64,000 bases of DNA, from positions 402,938,001 to 403,002,000 of the forward strand of contig OZ024740.1 in NCBI GenBank assembly GCA_964016885.1, written 5' to 3'. Within the stretch, counting starts at the first letter, position 1. Every line of letters begins with the position of its first letter. The notes beneath the pieces were generated by a model that saw only the letters and a program-made list of their open reading frames with translations, had not been told where the DNA came from and did no database searches. The translations under genes and the position numbers were made by a program. Shown here one piece after another: positions 12,909 to 26,107 of this stretch. Origin of the DNA: Eledone cirrhosa. Lineage: Eukaryota.

Positions 12909-13664
12909 TATACATATATATATACAGAAATAACAACACAATCGGTACAATATATGGACAGGATATATTAGATTAACGCTTGATATAGCAGGAAGAGGGT
13001 CTTAACGATGCGAATGCTAGTCCTTCATCAGAAGAAAGAATGAGAAATAAGATAGATTGAGGAGACGGGCTGGTTGGAATTGGAAAAAATGTCTTTAGAT
13101 AAAAATAACAGGCCCATTCATGTTGATATCAAATGCATCCATATCTCTGTTTATGTTCATGTCTGTATTGTGTGTTCATATCCTGTAACTTAACGGCCCG
13201 ACAAAATTCAGTCGATGAAATAAGTATCAGGCGTCAAAAATGCGTACCCAGGTCAATAGGAGTAACTATATAAATGAGGCTTTTCGCTTTCCTATAATAG
13301 AAACCTAATGAGATTCTAATTCCGTTCTGTATAAGCGTGAAAATAAAAACTGGATGAAACTGAAAACCAAGTGAAATATATGACATAACGATATTAGAAA
13401 AGAACTGATGTAAAACAAATAAACATACAAATGAAGTGAATTGCTCCATAGACGTAAACATATTTAACGATATACAAACATGTAATTAACAGCAATACAA
13501 ATTTCACTGACGCATGAACAAGATATGGGATTCATGGTTTTAGCACTTATTTCTTCACGTATAGGACACCCTCTCATATAAATATTATATAGGCTTACAC
13601 AGAATTACGCGCGTGCCTGACTAATCTGCTTCTTTCTGCTTTTCAACTATCTGTTGCTAATAAA

Positions 13665-13876
13665 TATTGGTTTCTCATATAGGCACAAGGCCAGCAATTT
13701 TTGGAGAGGCGAAAGTCGATTAAATCGATCCTAGTCCGTGATTGGTACTTTATTTTATCGACCCCGTAAGGATGAAAGGCAAAGTTAACCTCGGCGGGAT
13801 TTGAACTCAGATCATAAAGGGACGTAATTCTAGCATGGCGCCCGACCCTCTACCGATACTGCAAATCCACCGCCCT
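13665..13876 (-). mobile_element. Full-length Nin/Deu-domain tRNA SINE
   Basis: Head ggcggtggatttgcag, B-box GAGTTCAAATCC, central domain and tail. Confidence 0.82.
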
Positions 13877-14461
13877 GTTGCTAATAAATATTGATGTTAG
13901 CGCCGACAAGGCACGACATGCCAAAGAGAGATCATCCTGTCAAACTGAGGTTAAATGGAATCCCCAAAATATATTTCATAAAATTTTCACAAATGAAAAG
14001 CCTAAATTATTTAAGCCAATGTTTTATAAAGTTGCAATAAAATGCTATTCTTTGAAAGTAGGTAGGTCGTTCTCATATTCGCAACAGGTGGACGAAAGAG
14101 ACTGCCAGACGCCTGCTAGCGAGCCATCTATGATGAGCAGTTGGAACAAAGAAGATAGGTATTGCCAATGTGAATGGTCAGAGCTAATGTCACTGTGTTC
14201 TACACATCTACACATAGCAACATACAGTTGGCAACAGGCGACCGTGAATGAATGGTTTTTCTTTTTTCTTTAAACTACTTATATATAACCGTTGAGTCGT
14301 GTAAGTCTGGACATTCAACTGTGTACTCATAAGTGAAGCTCCAAAGTAACACATACGACTCATAACTCAGCCATAATGAAGAAAATACATAAATATCGAG
14401 TACTCGTTCTCACGTCCGTTCTCACATTGATATATATGTGTGTGTGTACAGTATATATATG

Positions 14462-14517
<56 letters not shown>

Positions 14518-14644
14518 AAAGTTCTATTTAAATTGTTGGGATACAACAAGCAAATATTTTTATAACTGATATAAAGCACTCAACAAGTATTTGGAGTAAA
14601 CATACGATATTAACAAATGGAAACTATATTTATAAAACCATATT

Positions 14645-14709
14645 TATTTCATTATACATATTTCAAGGACACCAAGTTAAATTATGGTGTGCTTTCATCA
14701 GACAAAATA
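14645..14709 (-). ncRNA. Type I hammerhead (cassette 14514-14828)
   Basis: TATTTTGT-CTGATGA-AAGCACACCA..TGGTGTCCTT-GAAA-TATGTA-TA-ATGAAATA; paralog at 34675. Confidence 0.8.
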
Positions 14710-14828
14710 TAATATAGATCAGTTTTATAAGTAAATATTGACATACTCTTAAAAAATGCAACCATTACTGTTGCAAGCTCCCGGATAGTGGAGTTGTTTA
14801 CTTATATATAAGTAAACAACTCCACTAT

Positions 14829-16563
14829 TCGAGAGGGCATCCCTGTCGAATCGATCGCGTAATATGGAACGGCTCCGAGAGGTAGCCGTTCACCTTGACC
14901 CTTGAGCAGATGTTGCTGTTGTGCATTGCAGCAATCCAGCCCCTGAACACGGGTCCGAAGCCTGTCGCCTCGAGGACCGCATCCAGGTAACGATGGTCAA
15001 CCCTATCGAAAGCCTTTGACTGATCCAAGTTGATCAGGGCCCCACCGAAGCCGGGTTTACATCCTACCCTCTCTATGATGTATCGCATGAGGTGGAGGTT
15101 GTCATGTATGGACCTGGTCTAGATCGATCGCGCATGTCTGCGCTTCTCCCACCAGGTTCTCGACGACAAGCGCCAGCCTCTTTGCCAACACCTTGGCCAA
15201 AATCTGTAACTCTGTGTTTAGCAGAGTTATGGGCCGGAAGTTGCCTATGTCATCCCCCTTATTCTCGTCCTTCCTGATTAGTGTGACTACGTCCCCGGTT
15301 ACAGAACTGGGAATTCTCCCGTTCTGTTGCCAGTAGCAGTAGACCGCTTCCAGGAGACCGGAGAATAAGTCCAGCATTGCTACGTAAAATTCGTAGGGTA
15401 GAACGTCGAGACCTGGAGATTTGCGTTTGCCGCATTGGCTCGCGCGTCCCCTATCTCAGCGGCTGAAATCGGCTTTTCGCAGAACTTTGCCTCGCTGTCC
15501 GAGAGTCGCGGTAGGCCGTCGAGGTATGGACCGAAATCCATAGCCCCTCCCAGCGCGCCGCCCCGCCCGAACAGTTGAGCAAAGTGCCGCTGAAAGGCCG
15601 CACACATCTGCTTCGGCTCACGTATCACGCGTCCGTTTTGGTCCTTCAAAGACCGAATCGTGGACTTGTTGCCACTTTTTGCCTCCGTCAGTCGGGCCCA
15701 GCTAACAGCTTTGGCTCCCTCGTTTCCCAGAGCAAGTATTTTGCTTCTGACAACGCAGCCCTCGTGCTTTGCGTCGAAGAACTGGTCCAAGGCCGTTCTT
15801 GTTGCTAGCACGCTGGCTACGTTGCCACTTCTAATTGCCTCTTCTACTTTATCTACCAGTTCCTTCTCGGTTCTATTTCTATCTAACGCTAATTCTTTAC
15901 TAAAAACTAACGAGTCTAATCTAACTGCCCTCTTGAGAGAGTACCACCATCTGTTGTTGACAATGGCCCCTGTCAAGTGCTGTTTAACTAAAGTGCTAAT
16001 CCGTCTACTGTAGGCTTTGCTTGTCGGTAACGACAAATTCAGCTTCCAGTAGCCGGGTCCTTGTCTATGGGTTCTATCAAGGTTGGCCATGCAGGTCACT
16101 AGTTTGTGATCTGAATAGGCAACCATGAACATTTGTGGACAGCTTAACATGTCCCTATCCTTATTTCTAACTAGAACCCTATCTAGGTACGATCTAGATG
16201 TTCCGCTACGATTATTCCACGTCCACAGTGGCGCAGTCGGAAAAATCTAGTCGATATCTATCGGCTAGGTCAAATCGGTCGATTAACTGTTTGAGGCTGT
16301 TACACCCCGCTTTATCGGGACATGCTCCCACATAGTCCCAACGTGCATCTAGGATTCCATTCCAGTCCCCCACTAAAAGCAAGGAGCGGGACGTTCCCAG
16401 AAAAGTCTCTAGACGTTTGAAGAAGTCTGGCCGCGGTGTCCCGGATGGGGCATATGCGGCCACCAGCCTGAAGGCTCCACCTTCACTACCGCCAACGTCT
16501 AGGACCACCAGTCGACCCTCCGGGTCCAGATGTACCGTCTGTGTAACGAGGCCCAGGTGTTTC
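14829..16563 (-). mobile_element. L1/Tx1-clade LINE copy B (part of APE to mid-RT), frameshifted
   Basis: LVGDWNGILD, SDHKLV, GPGYWKLN, NFRPITLLNTELQILAK, LDQSKAFDRVDH, SIRQGCPL. Confidence 0.92.
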
Positions 16564-16839
16564 CGAGGGCGTCGTCGCTACTGCTGCGTAGCAGCCCTCT
16601 ATAGGATGTTGCGGTGGAGTCTCCACTGATAACCGGATCCGCCTGCCAGAGGACGGTGAGCGCCTGGGCACACTCAGTGTCCCAGGGGCCCAGTTTTCTC
16701 GGTCTTTGCTTGAACCAGGATTGCAGCTCGGTGAGTGAGATGAGTCTGGGAAAGGTTCGTCTCACAAACGAGGCCCACACCGGTTGACCGGTGAGGAATA
16801 CGTGGAGGTGCCGTAGCCTTAATGCGTGTTTACGCATCA

Positions 16840-18750
16840 TTAGCCACGGCATCCCAGCCCTCCTTTCGAAGGGTGTTGACAGCATATGCATCTCCTCACC
16901 AAAGGAGCCCGCCTATTCCAAAGGAATTGGAAGAGCGCGCGCTCCATCTTGGCGAGGGTTTCCCTTGGGCAAGGCACGACGATCAGGCGGTAGTAGATGA
17001 CGGACGCTATATAGGTGTTCGCCACCTCCGCCCGACCTTTCAGGGATAGTTTGCAACTGGCCCACTTCTGGGTCAGTGCAAACACCCTGTTCGTAACCTC
17101 ACCCCAGTTCTTCTCCACCTGGAGGTCTGGTCCGAACCAGACCCCGAGCAACTTCACCGGGCCCTCCGTCCAGCGTCCGACGACGCCATCGGAGGGCATC
17201 GGTTTGCCCCTCCACGTGACGAGTTGCAAACCGATCGACTTGTCCCGGTACAGCTTAGCCCCTGTGAACCTTTCGTACTCCTCCAGTAAGGTGCCGATCG
17301 CCCCGATTTCGGAGGCCCTCGACACCATTATTATCACGTCATCGGCATAGGCCGACACCGCTTTCCGCAATCCCGGTTCCAAAGGGATGCCCTGCAACAA
17401 CTCCAACTTCTGCAGTAGTAGCTCGAGAGTCAATACATACAGAAGGGAGGAGAGAGGGCACTCTTGTCGGATGGACCACGCGATTTCGAACGGCTCCGAG
17501 AGGTAGCCGTTCACCTTGACTCTAGAGCAGATACGGCTGCTCTGCATAGCAATGATCCAGCCCCTGAAAACGGGTCCGAAGCCTGCCGCCGCTAGCACCG
17601 CATCCAGGTAACCATGTTCGACCCTATCGAATGCCTTATATTGATCCAAGTTGATCCGAGCCCCACCAAATCCGGGTTCGTTCCCAACCCTCTCTATGAT
17701 GTATCGCATGAGGTGGAGGTTGTCATGGATGGACCTGGACGGGATAGCACATGTCTGCGCATCTCCCACCAGGTTTCCCACGACAAGCGCCAACCTCTTT
17801 GCTAGCACCTTGGCCAAAATCTGTAACTCTGTATTTAGCAGAGTTATGGGCCTGAAGTTACTGATTTCATCCCCCTTGTTCTCGTCCTTCCTCACTAGCG
17901 TGACTAAGCCCTTGGTCACAGCACAGGGAATTCTCCCGTTCTGTTGCCAGTTGCAGTAGACCGCCTTGAGGAGATCGGGGAACAAGTCCGGCATAGCTAG
18001 ATATAGTTCGTATGGAAGACCATCGAGACCCGGGGATTTGCGTTTGCCGCATTGGCTCAGCACGTCCTCTATCTCAGCGGCTGAAATCGGCTCCTCGCAG
18101 GACTTCGCCTCTCCATCCGAGAGACGCGGCAGGCCGTCGAGGTATGGACCGAAGTCCACATCCCCAACCGGCTTCCCGCCCCTTCCGAACAATCGGGCAA
18201 AGTGCTTTTGAAATTCCTCACACATCTGCTTAGGTTCAAGGATCACCCGTCCATCCTGGTCTCGCAAAGACCGGATGGTGGATTTAGTTCTACTCTTGGC
18301 TTCTGTCACGCGGGCCCAGCTAACAGCTTTGGTCCCCTCGTTCCCTAGAGCACGTATTTTACTTCGGACAACGCAGCCTTCGTGCTTCGCGTCGAAAAAC
18401 TGCCTCAAAGCCGTTCTCGACGCTAGCACTCTGGCCACGTCGCCGCTTCTAATTGCCTCTTCTACTCTATCTATCAGCTCCCTTTCCTTCCTATTCCTAT
18501 CCGCAGCTAGAACCTTACTAAATTTTATCGAGACTAATTTAATCTCTCTCTTTAGAGATACCCACCACCTGCTGTTGACGATCGCTCCAGTCAACCGCTC
18601 CTTAACTAACGTACTAATCCGGTCCCTGTAAGCTTTACTTGCCGGTAAGGACAAGTTCAGCTTCCAGTAACCGGGGCCCTGTCTATGCGTTGTATCAAGG
18701 TTGACCATGCAGGTCACCAGCTTGTGGTCTGAATAGCCAGCCATGAGCAT
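16840..18750 (-). pseudogene. Tx1 ORF2 reverse transcriptase segment
   Basis: 636-aa frame with KSPGLDGLPYE, RPITLLN, DQYKAFDRV, IRQECPLS, AYADDV. Confidence 0.93.
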
Positions 18751-18796
18751 TACTCGACAACTTAAAAAGTCCCTGTCCTTATTTCTAACTAAAAAC

Positions 18797-19417
18797 CTAT
18801 CTAGATGATCCGCTCCGATTTGACCAAGACCAGGTTGGCACCGTCGGAAAATCTAGTCGAAATCTATCGGCCAGGTCAAATCGGCCGAGTAACCTCTTGA
18901 GGCTGTTGCACCCCTCTCTATCGGGACATGCCCCTGCATAGTCCCAACGTGCATTCAGGATACCATTCCAGTCCCCCACTAAAAGCAGGGAACGGGACGT
19001 CCCTAGAAAAGACTCCAGACGCTGGAACAAGTCGGGCCGCTCTGTCCCAAAAGGGGCATATGCGGCTACCAGCCTAAAGGCTCCACCTTCACCACTGCCA
19101 AGGTCCAGCTCCACCAGTCGACCCCCTGGGTCCAAGTGAACTATCTGTGTGGCAAGACCCAGATGTTTTTGCAGCAGAACGACAACTCCGCCCCCACCTC
19201 CGGGCTGACAGAGAGATGATTGCATCTCAAAGTCGTCAAAGGTGGGGGCCAGCTGTCGCATGCTGCTGATCCGGGCCTCGCAAATAACCATCACATTTAT
19301 AGATCGTGACCTGAGGTCATTTAGAAGCATTGCTTGCTTCCAAGATGAGCCCAGGCCACGCGCATTTAGACACCCGACTCTCAGCACAGCCATGTTGGTG
19401 GTAAGGAGAAAAGGCAC
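18797..19417 (-). pseudogene. Tx1 ORF2 apurinic-like endonuclease segment
   Basis: CLNARGL, ICEAR, GGGVVVL, AAYAP, VGDWN. Confidence 0.9.
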
Positions 19418-20094
19418 TTACCTCTCTGCGTCCCGGGAAGTGGGCCGCTCAATTTCCATGCTGGTTGGGGATGGGTTGTTTGGTGGGGTGGTGGTTTGTG
19501 GAAGTGTAGGGGCATCAGTGTGTTGTGGGGTTGGGGTGTTTGTGGTTGAGTGGGTGAAATTTTTTAGGAGGACGCGGTTGATTGGCTTGGCGCAGGGGGG
19601 GGGGGGGGGACTCACGTCCTCCGTGAAATTTATTTTCAACGTTTTATATAAGTCCATTGGGACTTTAATCATTTGTAAATGAGGTAGTCCCACAGCAGTT
19701 AGAAAGTTAGGCCCTTCAGTTTGGACCGAAGGGTTTGACGAAATTGTGTTCATTAGTTCTTTGTTTTTTGTGTTCATGTATGTATATTGTAAAGTCTTTT
19801 TTTGCGTAGCAGTTAGTGTTGTGTGACGGGGAGGGGTGGTTTGTATATAGTTTGTGTTCTCTTGGGGAGGGTTAATGTTAACAAGTGTATCTGTGGTGCG
19901 CCTCCTCTTTTTTCTTTTTACTGTTTGGTAGGGATCTTTTTCGTCTTGCGACGAAAGGGGTTCGTCTTCCTTGTTGGGTGGGAGGGGTATGTTCTCTGGT
20001 AGTGTTTGCGGTGTGTGTGTTTTTGTATTTCTTTGGGTGGGGAGGGGGTAGGTGGGACAGTGTTCTGTGTTGTTTTTTCACGTGTTTGATGTTG

Positions 20095-20420
20095 TTATTG
20101 TGATGGTGGTGGTGTTGTTGGTTTTTGTTGTTGCTGTTGTTGTTGTGGTTGTTTTTGTTGTTGTTGTTGGGGTGGTGTTGGTGTTGGTTGTTGGGGTGTT
20201 GGTAGCAATGGTTTTTTCTGTGTGAGCTGGGCACAGGCAGCCCTCAGGTGACCTCTATTGCCACAGAGGTAACAGGAGGGACGCCTACCCTCCACAATAA
20301 TGTTGAGGTGGGTACGGTCATCCAGGATGACGCGCTCAGGGATTTGGGCGATACGTTCTGGCCTTATTTGTGTCAGAACTTCAATGCTCGTTCCACTGAA
20401 CGCGTCGCCGGATGCCTTCC
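20095..20420 (-). pseudogene. Tx1 ORF1 fragment with a CCHC knuckle
   Basis: IVEGRRPSCYLCGNRGHLRAAC followed by a Q/P/T low-complexity tract. Confidence 0.8.
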
Positions 20421-20424
20421 ATAG

Positions 20425-20455
<31 letters not shown>

Positions 20456-20582
20456 GATAGATAGATAGATCGATAGATATACAAATCGACAAATATATAT
20501 ACAGAGATCGATAGATATACAAACGGACATATATATATATACACACACACACAGATATATATATTATATATATATATATATA

Positions 20583-20616
<34 letters not shown>

Positions 20617-21199
20617 CAGAGAGATAGGTGGCGGATAGATAGATAGATAGATAGATAGATAAATAGTTAGATGGATAGATATATAAATAAATGAATAAAT
20701 AAAACAACGGACATCCGAAAACGAACATCTGCATTTATGCTGTTTACCCAGTTCGTAACCGGTTTCTGTTCATTTTGCTTAACATTACGCATGTGTTACG
20801 GAAGTCAGGATAGATTTACATTCTTTTAAATGTATATATATATATATATATACATACACACAAGCACACACACAAACACAAACACATATATTATATGTAT
20901 ATATATATATATAAATATATTGGAAAAGTAAAAAAAAAACAATAACAAGGAGTGCAGTTACGAACAGTATTTGGTATTAGGTGCACGCATATATATATGT
21001 GTGCCTGTGCACGTGTGTAAGGGTGCGCGTATATATATATATATATACATACACACACACACCCATATGTATATATATGTACATATATACACACATACTA
21101 TTTAAAGATATGTTTTTGCGTCTCGTATCTAAATATTCCAACGAAACCAACAGCTCCCGGCCTAAGTATATTAATGTATTATGTTTTTTTAACTATGAT

Positions 21200-22030
21200 T
21201 AATAATTGTTTCTACTTTAGGCACAAGGCCAGCAATCACCAGTGCATTACTGGTACTTTGTTTTATCGACCCCCGTAAAGATAAAAGGTGAAGTTAAACT
21301 CGGCGAAATTTGAACTCAAATCATAAAGGGCCGTAACTCTGTGCATGGTTTCTGATTCAGGCACAAAACCAACAATTTTGTGGGGAGTGGAATGTAGATT
21401 AAATCGACCCAGTACGTTGATGGTGCTTTAGATTACAGACCACATAATGATGATAGGCAAAGCCAATCACAGCAGTCTTTGAACTCAGATTGTAAAGGGC
21501 CATAACACTATGCTGCGGCATGATTTGAAATCGGGACGTAGAGGGATGTAACTCTATACAGTCCGAGGATGTACCGATACTGCCAATTCACTGCCCAGTA
21601 GTATGTTAATAATTATTTCTACTTTTGGCACAAGGACAGCAATTATCGCAGTGCATTACTGGTACTTTATTTTATCGACCCCGTAAGAATGAAAGGCAAA
21701 GTTTACCTCGGCGGGATTTGAACTAAGATCATAAAGGGCCGTAACTCTTTCCTGCAAAGCATGGCGTCCGACCCTCTACCGATAGTGCTAATCCACCGCC
21801 CTTGTATGTTAATAATGGTTTCTGGTTTAGGCACATGGCCAAACATTTATGGGGAGGAGAAAGACGATTAAATTGAAAGAAGGGCGTCACTGCTACTTTA
21901 TTGTATTGCCTCCGTAAAGATCAAAGTCAAAGCTAAGCTAGGCGGGATTTCAAACCAAAATTTAAACGGTCGTAACTATATGCCTCTAAATATGGTGCCC
22001 GATGCTCTGCCGACACTGCCAATTCACAGC
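21200..22030 (-). mobile_element. Head-to-tail cluster of four Nin/Deu SINEs of differing divergence
   Basis: Four successive ggcacaaggcc...ttgaactc units starting near 21200, 21345, 21610 and 21815. Confidence 0.78.
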
Positions 22031-23964
22031 TCTGAATTAAGAGTAATTAGAACATGACTTTAGTACTTGCATTTCCTGATTCCCGGGATAACGGTAATCT
22101 ATTACAAATTAATTTAATCTTGCCTTTCACTTGATTCATACTGTGGGATAAATAAGTGTGACAAATCTCTGTATTTAATTTCACTAATCTTTACTTGGGT
22201 GTTGGGTGCTTTACTTGTTCTTTTGTCAACCCTTTCTTATTTCTTGTAAAACTGAAATCATTATGGAAACGATGCTGCATTGAAATTAACGCAGCTGGAA
22301 CGTAACTATATAAGCAGAAGTATGAGCGTTGAAAGGAACCGTCAAGTATCATGTGGTGCAGTCAGAAAGTTTTAATTTTTGAAGTTTCAGCTGCATTCTA
22401 TGATTAATAATTAAATAACAACCACCTTGTTTGCACTTACTGAGTTACTACATAGAAGATTGAAAAGGCAATGATCTAGAAGCTATCATTTACATTCAAA
22501 TATTCCAAACAAATTGACGCTGAAAGTTGTAGACAATGTAATTCAAGGCAATCTAATTTTATTTTAGGGCCTTAGGTTCAGAAATTCTATTTTTTCCCCT
22601 TTTTTCTTAGAAGTTTGATTTTTAAAATTGCACATTTTGTAGGCTGACATAATATTTTATTGTATGTCAGTGCTACTTCGATTATTTTCTTCTAAGTTTA
22701 ATCAAAATAACTTTGATGAAATACACTGGAAATCATTACAGTATGTGAATGCCCAGTCACAAAACTAAATGTTATAATTATTTATTCCAAGATTATGTTT
22801 TCTTATCATATGTATGTTTTCTGAAAGAAAATGACACGTTTTTAAAACTGTTCTGCCACAAGAGACGTTGTAGATCTGATTGTTAGACAATATTTTAGAT
22901 CCGATGTATTTACTGTTTTCTTAACCAGTTTTTGGAAATGCAAAACAAAAAATTCTAAAATCAAAATTTTACATATCTAGACAACTTACATTAAACGTAA
23001 ATTCCCTCAAATACGATAAATTAAACAGATTAGTTGTACATAGAAAATTATGTGAAATGCTTACAAATTTCCGTGGAGATGAGAAGACTTTAGACAGATG
23101 TTTTAAAAAATCTATTAATAGGAATAATCGTACAAGGTTCCAGTGTGAATCTCTCATTTCCGAAAAATCTTGTTAATGAAACGTTCAATTGGCTAAGATG
23201 CTAATATATTTAGACTCACTTTAGGATTTGAACTCAGATTAATAATGATAATTGTTTCTACTTTTGGATAATATTCACACATGTCTATTCTTTTACATGT
23301 CGGTAAATCTTTTAAGAAGTGGGCTGAACTGAGAGTGTTTGTATATTGATGGGAATAAAAAATGAAACCATGATAATATAAGATCATGGAAACAGACCGT
23401 TTTCTTTAGAGGTTCTCATTATAAGCCTTTAACGGACAATAAAATAAGCGTTTTTCAATTCATTTAAAAATGTGAAACATTTTCCTGTTTAGCAACTGAG
23501 CAAGTTTTCATTCCTTACCAAGTGATGAGATCTCACTTATTTTGTATTAATAAAAATCCTTGATTCGTTTGAAGCCACTGTAAACTAGAATGCTTTTTAT
23601 TTCTCTTGCTTTTCTGTTTTGACTCTTGGTTGTATCTGTAGAGATAGAAATAGTTTTGTTTTATGATAGTAGTCATATATTCGTTAAATACCACGGAGTA
23701 TCTACGTGAGCTCTTTGGTTGGAACGTCGGTATTTCTGGGAATGTAATAGTCATCAAAGTAGTCAATAGAAGTCTAGTTAGAATGTCATAGTGACACATC
23801 GAGAAAGTACGATCGTTTATCGGTGTCATTTCATTAGAGATCAGTACAGAATTAACAGGCCCAAAAGCACAATCATTGTTTATCTTCTATAAAAGCGATG
23901 ACTTATCGGCGTCTTAATGCTGGTGAATATGTAACATTCTTCGGGTTAACACTGCACGTTCGTA

Positions 23965-24404
23965 TCTATATTACTAGAACAGAGAATGTCTGTTTGTCTG
24001 TCTATCTGTCGGTACAATCACTAAAACTCGAGAACCACCAACCGATTGTTTTCATGTAATACTTATGGTCCTATTGAGTGTTCTGAGAAAAAACATTTTA
24101 AATTTTCAATGCCCTAGGGACCGTATTAGGCGATTTAGCGATCTCTTTCTCTCTTTCTTGGTCTTTCTCTTTTTAGATAGATACATAGATATTACGCTGC
24201 GCCCTTATAATATATGTCTGTATGCCTGGCTGTCTGCATTACGTTATTATGACGAGGTGTGTGTGTGTGTGTGTGTGTGAATGTATATATAGTGTGTGTG
24301 CATATATATATATATTACTTCTGCGTTCACAGATTTATTATTTTAGTTTCAGAAGATCCTGTTAAGGCAGCGATTCTTTGATTAAACTTTAATCTGTTAT
24401 TTTA

Positions 24405-24456
<52 letters not shown>

Positions 24457-24635
24457 GTGTACAGATATTTTTGCATACACAATAACAAAATATAAACAAA
24501 AGTATTTATTTCGCGATAAAGTATTGATTTTCTTCGCACGGAAAAAACTCCTGGTAATCTACTACGAATGTTTTTTATAAGCACAAAATGTAGACGCCAA
24601 CCCGATGCTGAGGTATTCCGTACTTCTCTGCACTG

Positions 24636-24672
<37 letters not shown>

Positions 24673-24818
24673 TATATTCCTGTTCAGATATTTTTGCATA
24701 CACAATAACAGAATATAAACAAACGTATTTATTTCACGAGGCTCGATAAGGATAAATATATATCAAATATATAAGAACACTAAACCAAATCCCTAGCAAC
24801 GCGGGGCCATTCTGCTAG
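23965..24818 (+). mobile_element. Non-autonomous Helitron with nested TA-embedded cassettes
   Basis: A|TC start, 3' hairpin ccctagcaacgcgggg then CTAG|T; homologous to 39956-40831. Confidence 0.75.
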
Positions 24819-25199
24819 TAAATATTAAAATAATGTATTTATCAACGTACATCAATAATGCATTCAAAGTGATAACAATATTAATATGTATTTATCTTTA
24901 AATATCCAAACCCAGCTCATTATATACAAGGTTTTAAATTCTACAAGGAGAAAACACGGAAAACAATTCATTTATGATTTATGAAATAGATATTAATCAT
25001 AATCATATCTCCATAATGTTCTTCTTTAAACGTAATTTCCTATACCTCTCTGAATTACAGACCGGTATACAAAGTGCCTTACAGGATTGAAGTACTTAAC
25101 ACACACCGCATGTAACGAGGCTGCCCCTACGACTTCATCGGGCGTTAAGAGTTCATACACACAATTAAGGTGTGACGAATTTTAATATTTTCATTTTAC

Positions 25200-25365
25200 A
25201 TATATTCTTCGTGGTCAAATTATTACTTTTTAATGTTGAATGAATATATAAATCTTGTAATACGAAAGCTTTATCACGAAAAATAATCAAATGATCCAAC
25301 CAAGCAAATAAATTATATTTCAAAATACATTTTTCATGTGGATATAATCCAAGCACAGGTTCGAA
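25200..25365 (-). CDS. Candidate host exon, product unknown
   Basis: tgcctgtag acceptor, open frame FEPVLGLYPHEKC...TTKNI, gtaaaa donor; phase matches the 28026-28180 candidate. Confidence 0.3.
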
Positions 25366-25635
25366 CTACAGGCATCAGATATAAAGTACCTACACCAGTG
25401 TTTATAGACACCTCACCATAGGCATTGTTAGCTTAAGTGAACTTTAATCATCAGGAGTGGCACCCCCAGAGCGAACCTGTCTATAGAATTCTTTCTGCCT
25501 TTGTTACTTTAATTATAGTTTTAAAGAATTACCTTTTCTTTAAACCCATCAACCAATGACCTCCACCCATCCCAATTACCACCCTCTCCTACCACAAGAA
25601 AAGATATAAATACCACCATATTACTTGGACAGTCA

Positions 25636-25681
25636 GCTTCCTGATGATTTCCGAACGAAACAGTTCTAGTCCTGTAGAAGC
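25636..25681 (+). ncRNA. Type I hammerhead with a true stem III in a pLTR-like cassette
   Basis: GCTTC-CTGATGA-TTTCCGAAC-GAAA-CAG-TTCTAGTC-CTG-TA-GAAGC; CCAAT and TATAAA upstream; relatives at about 41455 and 63053-63148. Confidence 0.78.
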
Positions 25682-26062
25682 CTTTTCTATATTAAATATT
25701 TATACTCTGCTTTGTATTGAGTACCTTACTGGGGTTAGTCCCGATTGAACCAGGGATAAACTTACATATATATATATATATATATATGATATATATATTA
25801 GTGATACCGTCTCAATAATATATATATATATATATATATATAATTAAGTTAAAAATGTACATCCACATATGTATACTGAAATACTAGTATGCATATGAAT
25901 ACACACACGTGTACATATGTAGATGTACCGAGTTTTTCACTGGTTACTTTACTGTGAGTGTCCAGCTATTCTGTATGTAAACACACAGACAAACCGGTTT
26001 CTAGAGTCATACTGGTTTTTGAGGAAACACCTTTCCTCTATTCTCCAGAAAGCCAGACAAGG

Positions 26063-26107
26063 AATATTGGACTAGTTTCGATGTTGTTACATCTCATCAG
26101 CAATATT
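26063..26107 (-). ncRNA. Canonical minimal type I hammerhead
   Basis: AATATTG-CTGATGA-GATGT-AACA-ACATC-GAAA-CTAG-TC-CAATATT; GUC cleavage site. Confidence 0.93.

Larger units (their letters stand above)
16564..20420 (-). mobile_element. L1/Tx1-clade LINE copy A (ORF1 C-terminal part plus most of ORF2)
   Basis: Zinc knuckle CYLCGNRGHLRAAC, APE and RT domains; 5' end abuts a (GATA)n tract. Confidence 0.93.

Noticed and set aside
13000-13035. Decayed hammerhead-like motif (CTGATGA...GCAT-CG-TT); similar remnants near 44480, 46889 and 27935
   Set aside because: Core mutated or truncated; probably PLE tail fossils but not callable as ribozymes
14205-14240. RFX half-sites (catagcaac, gttggcaac) suggesting a promoter
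   Set aside because: Incomplete X-box and no linked first exon identified
25420-25460. CTGATGA on the minus strand
   Set aside because: No GAAA at the expected position and no stem I
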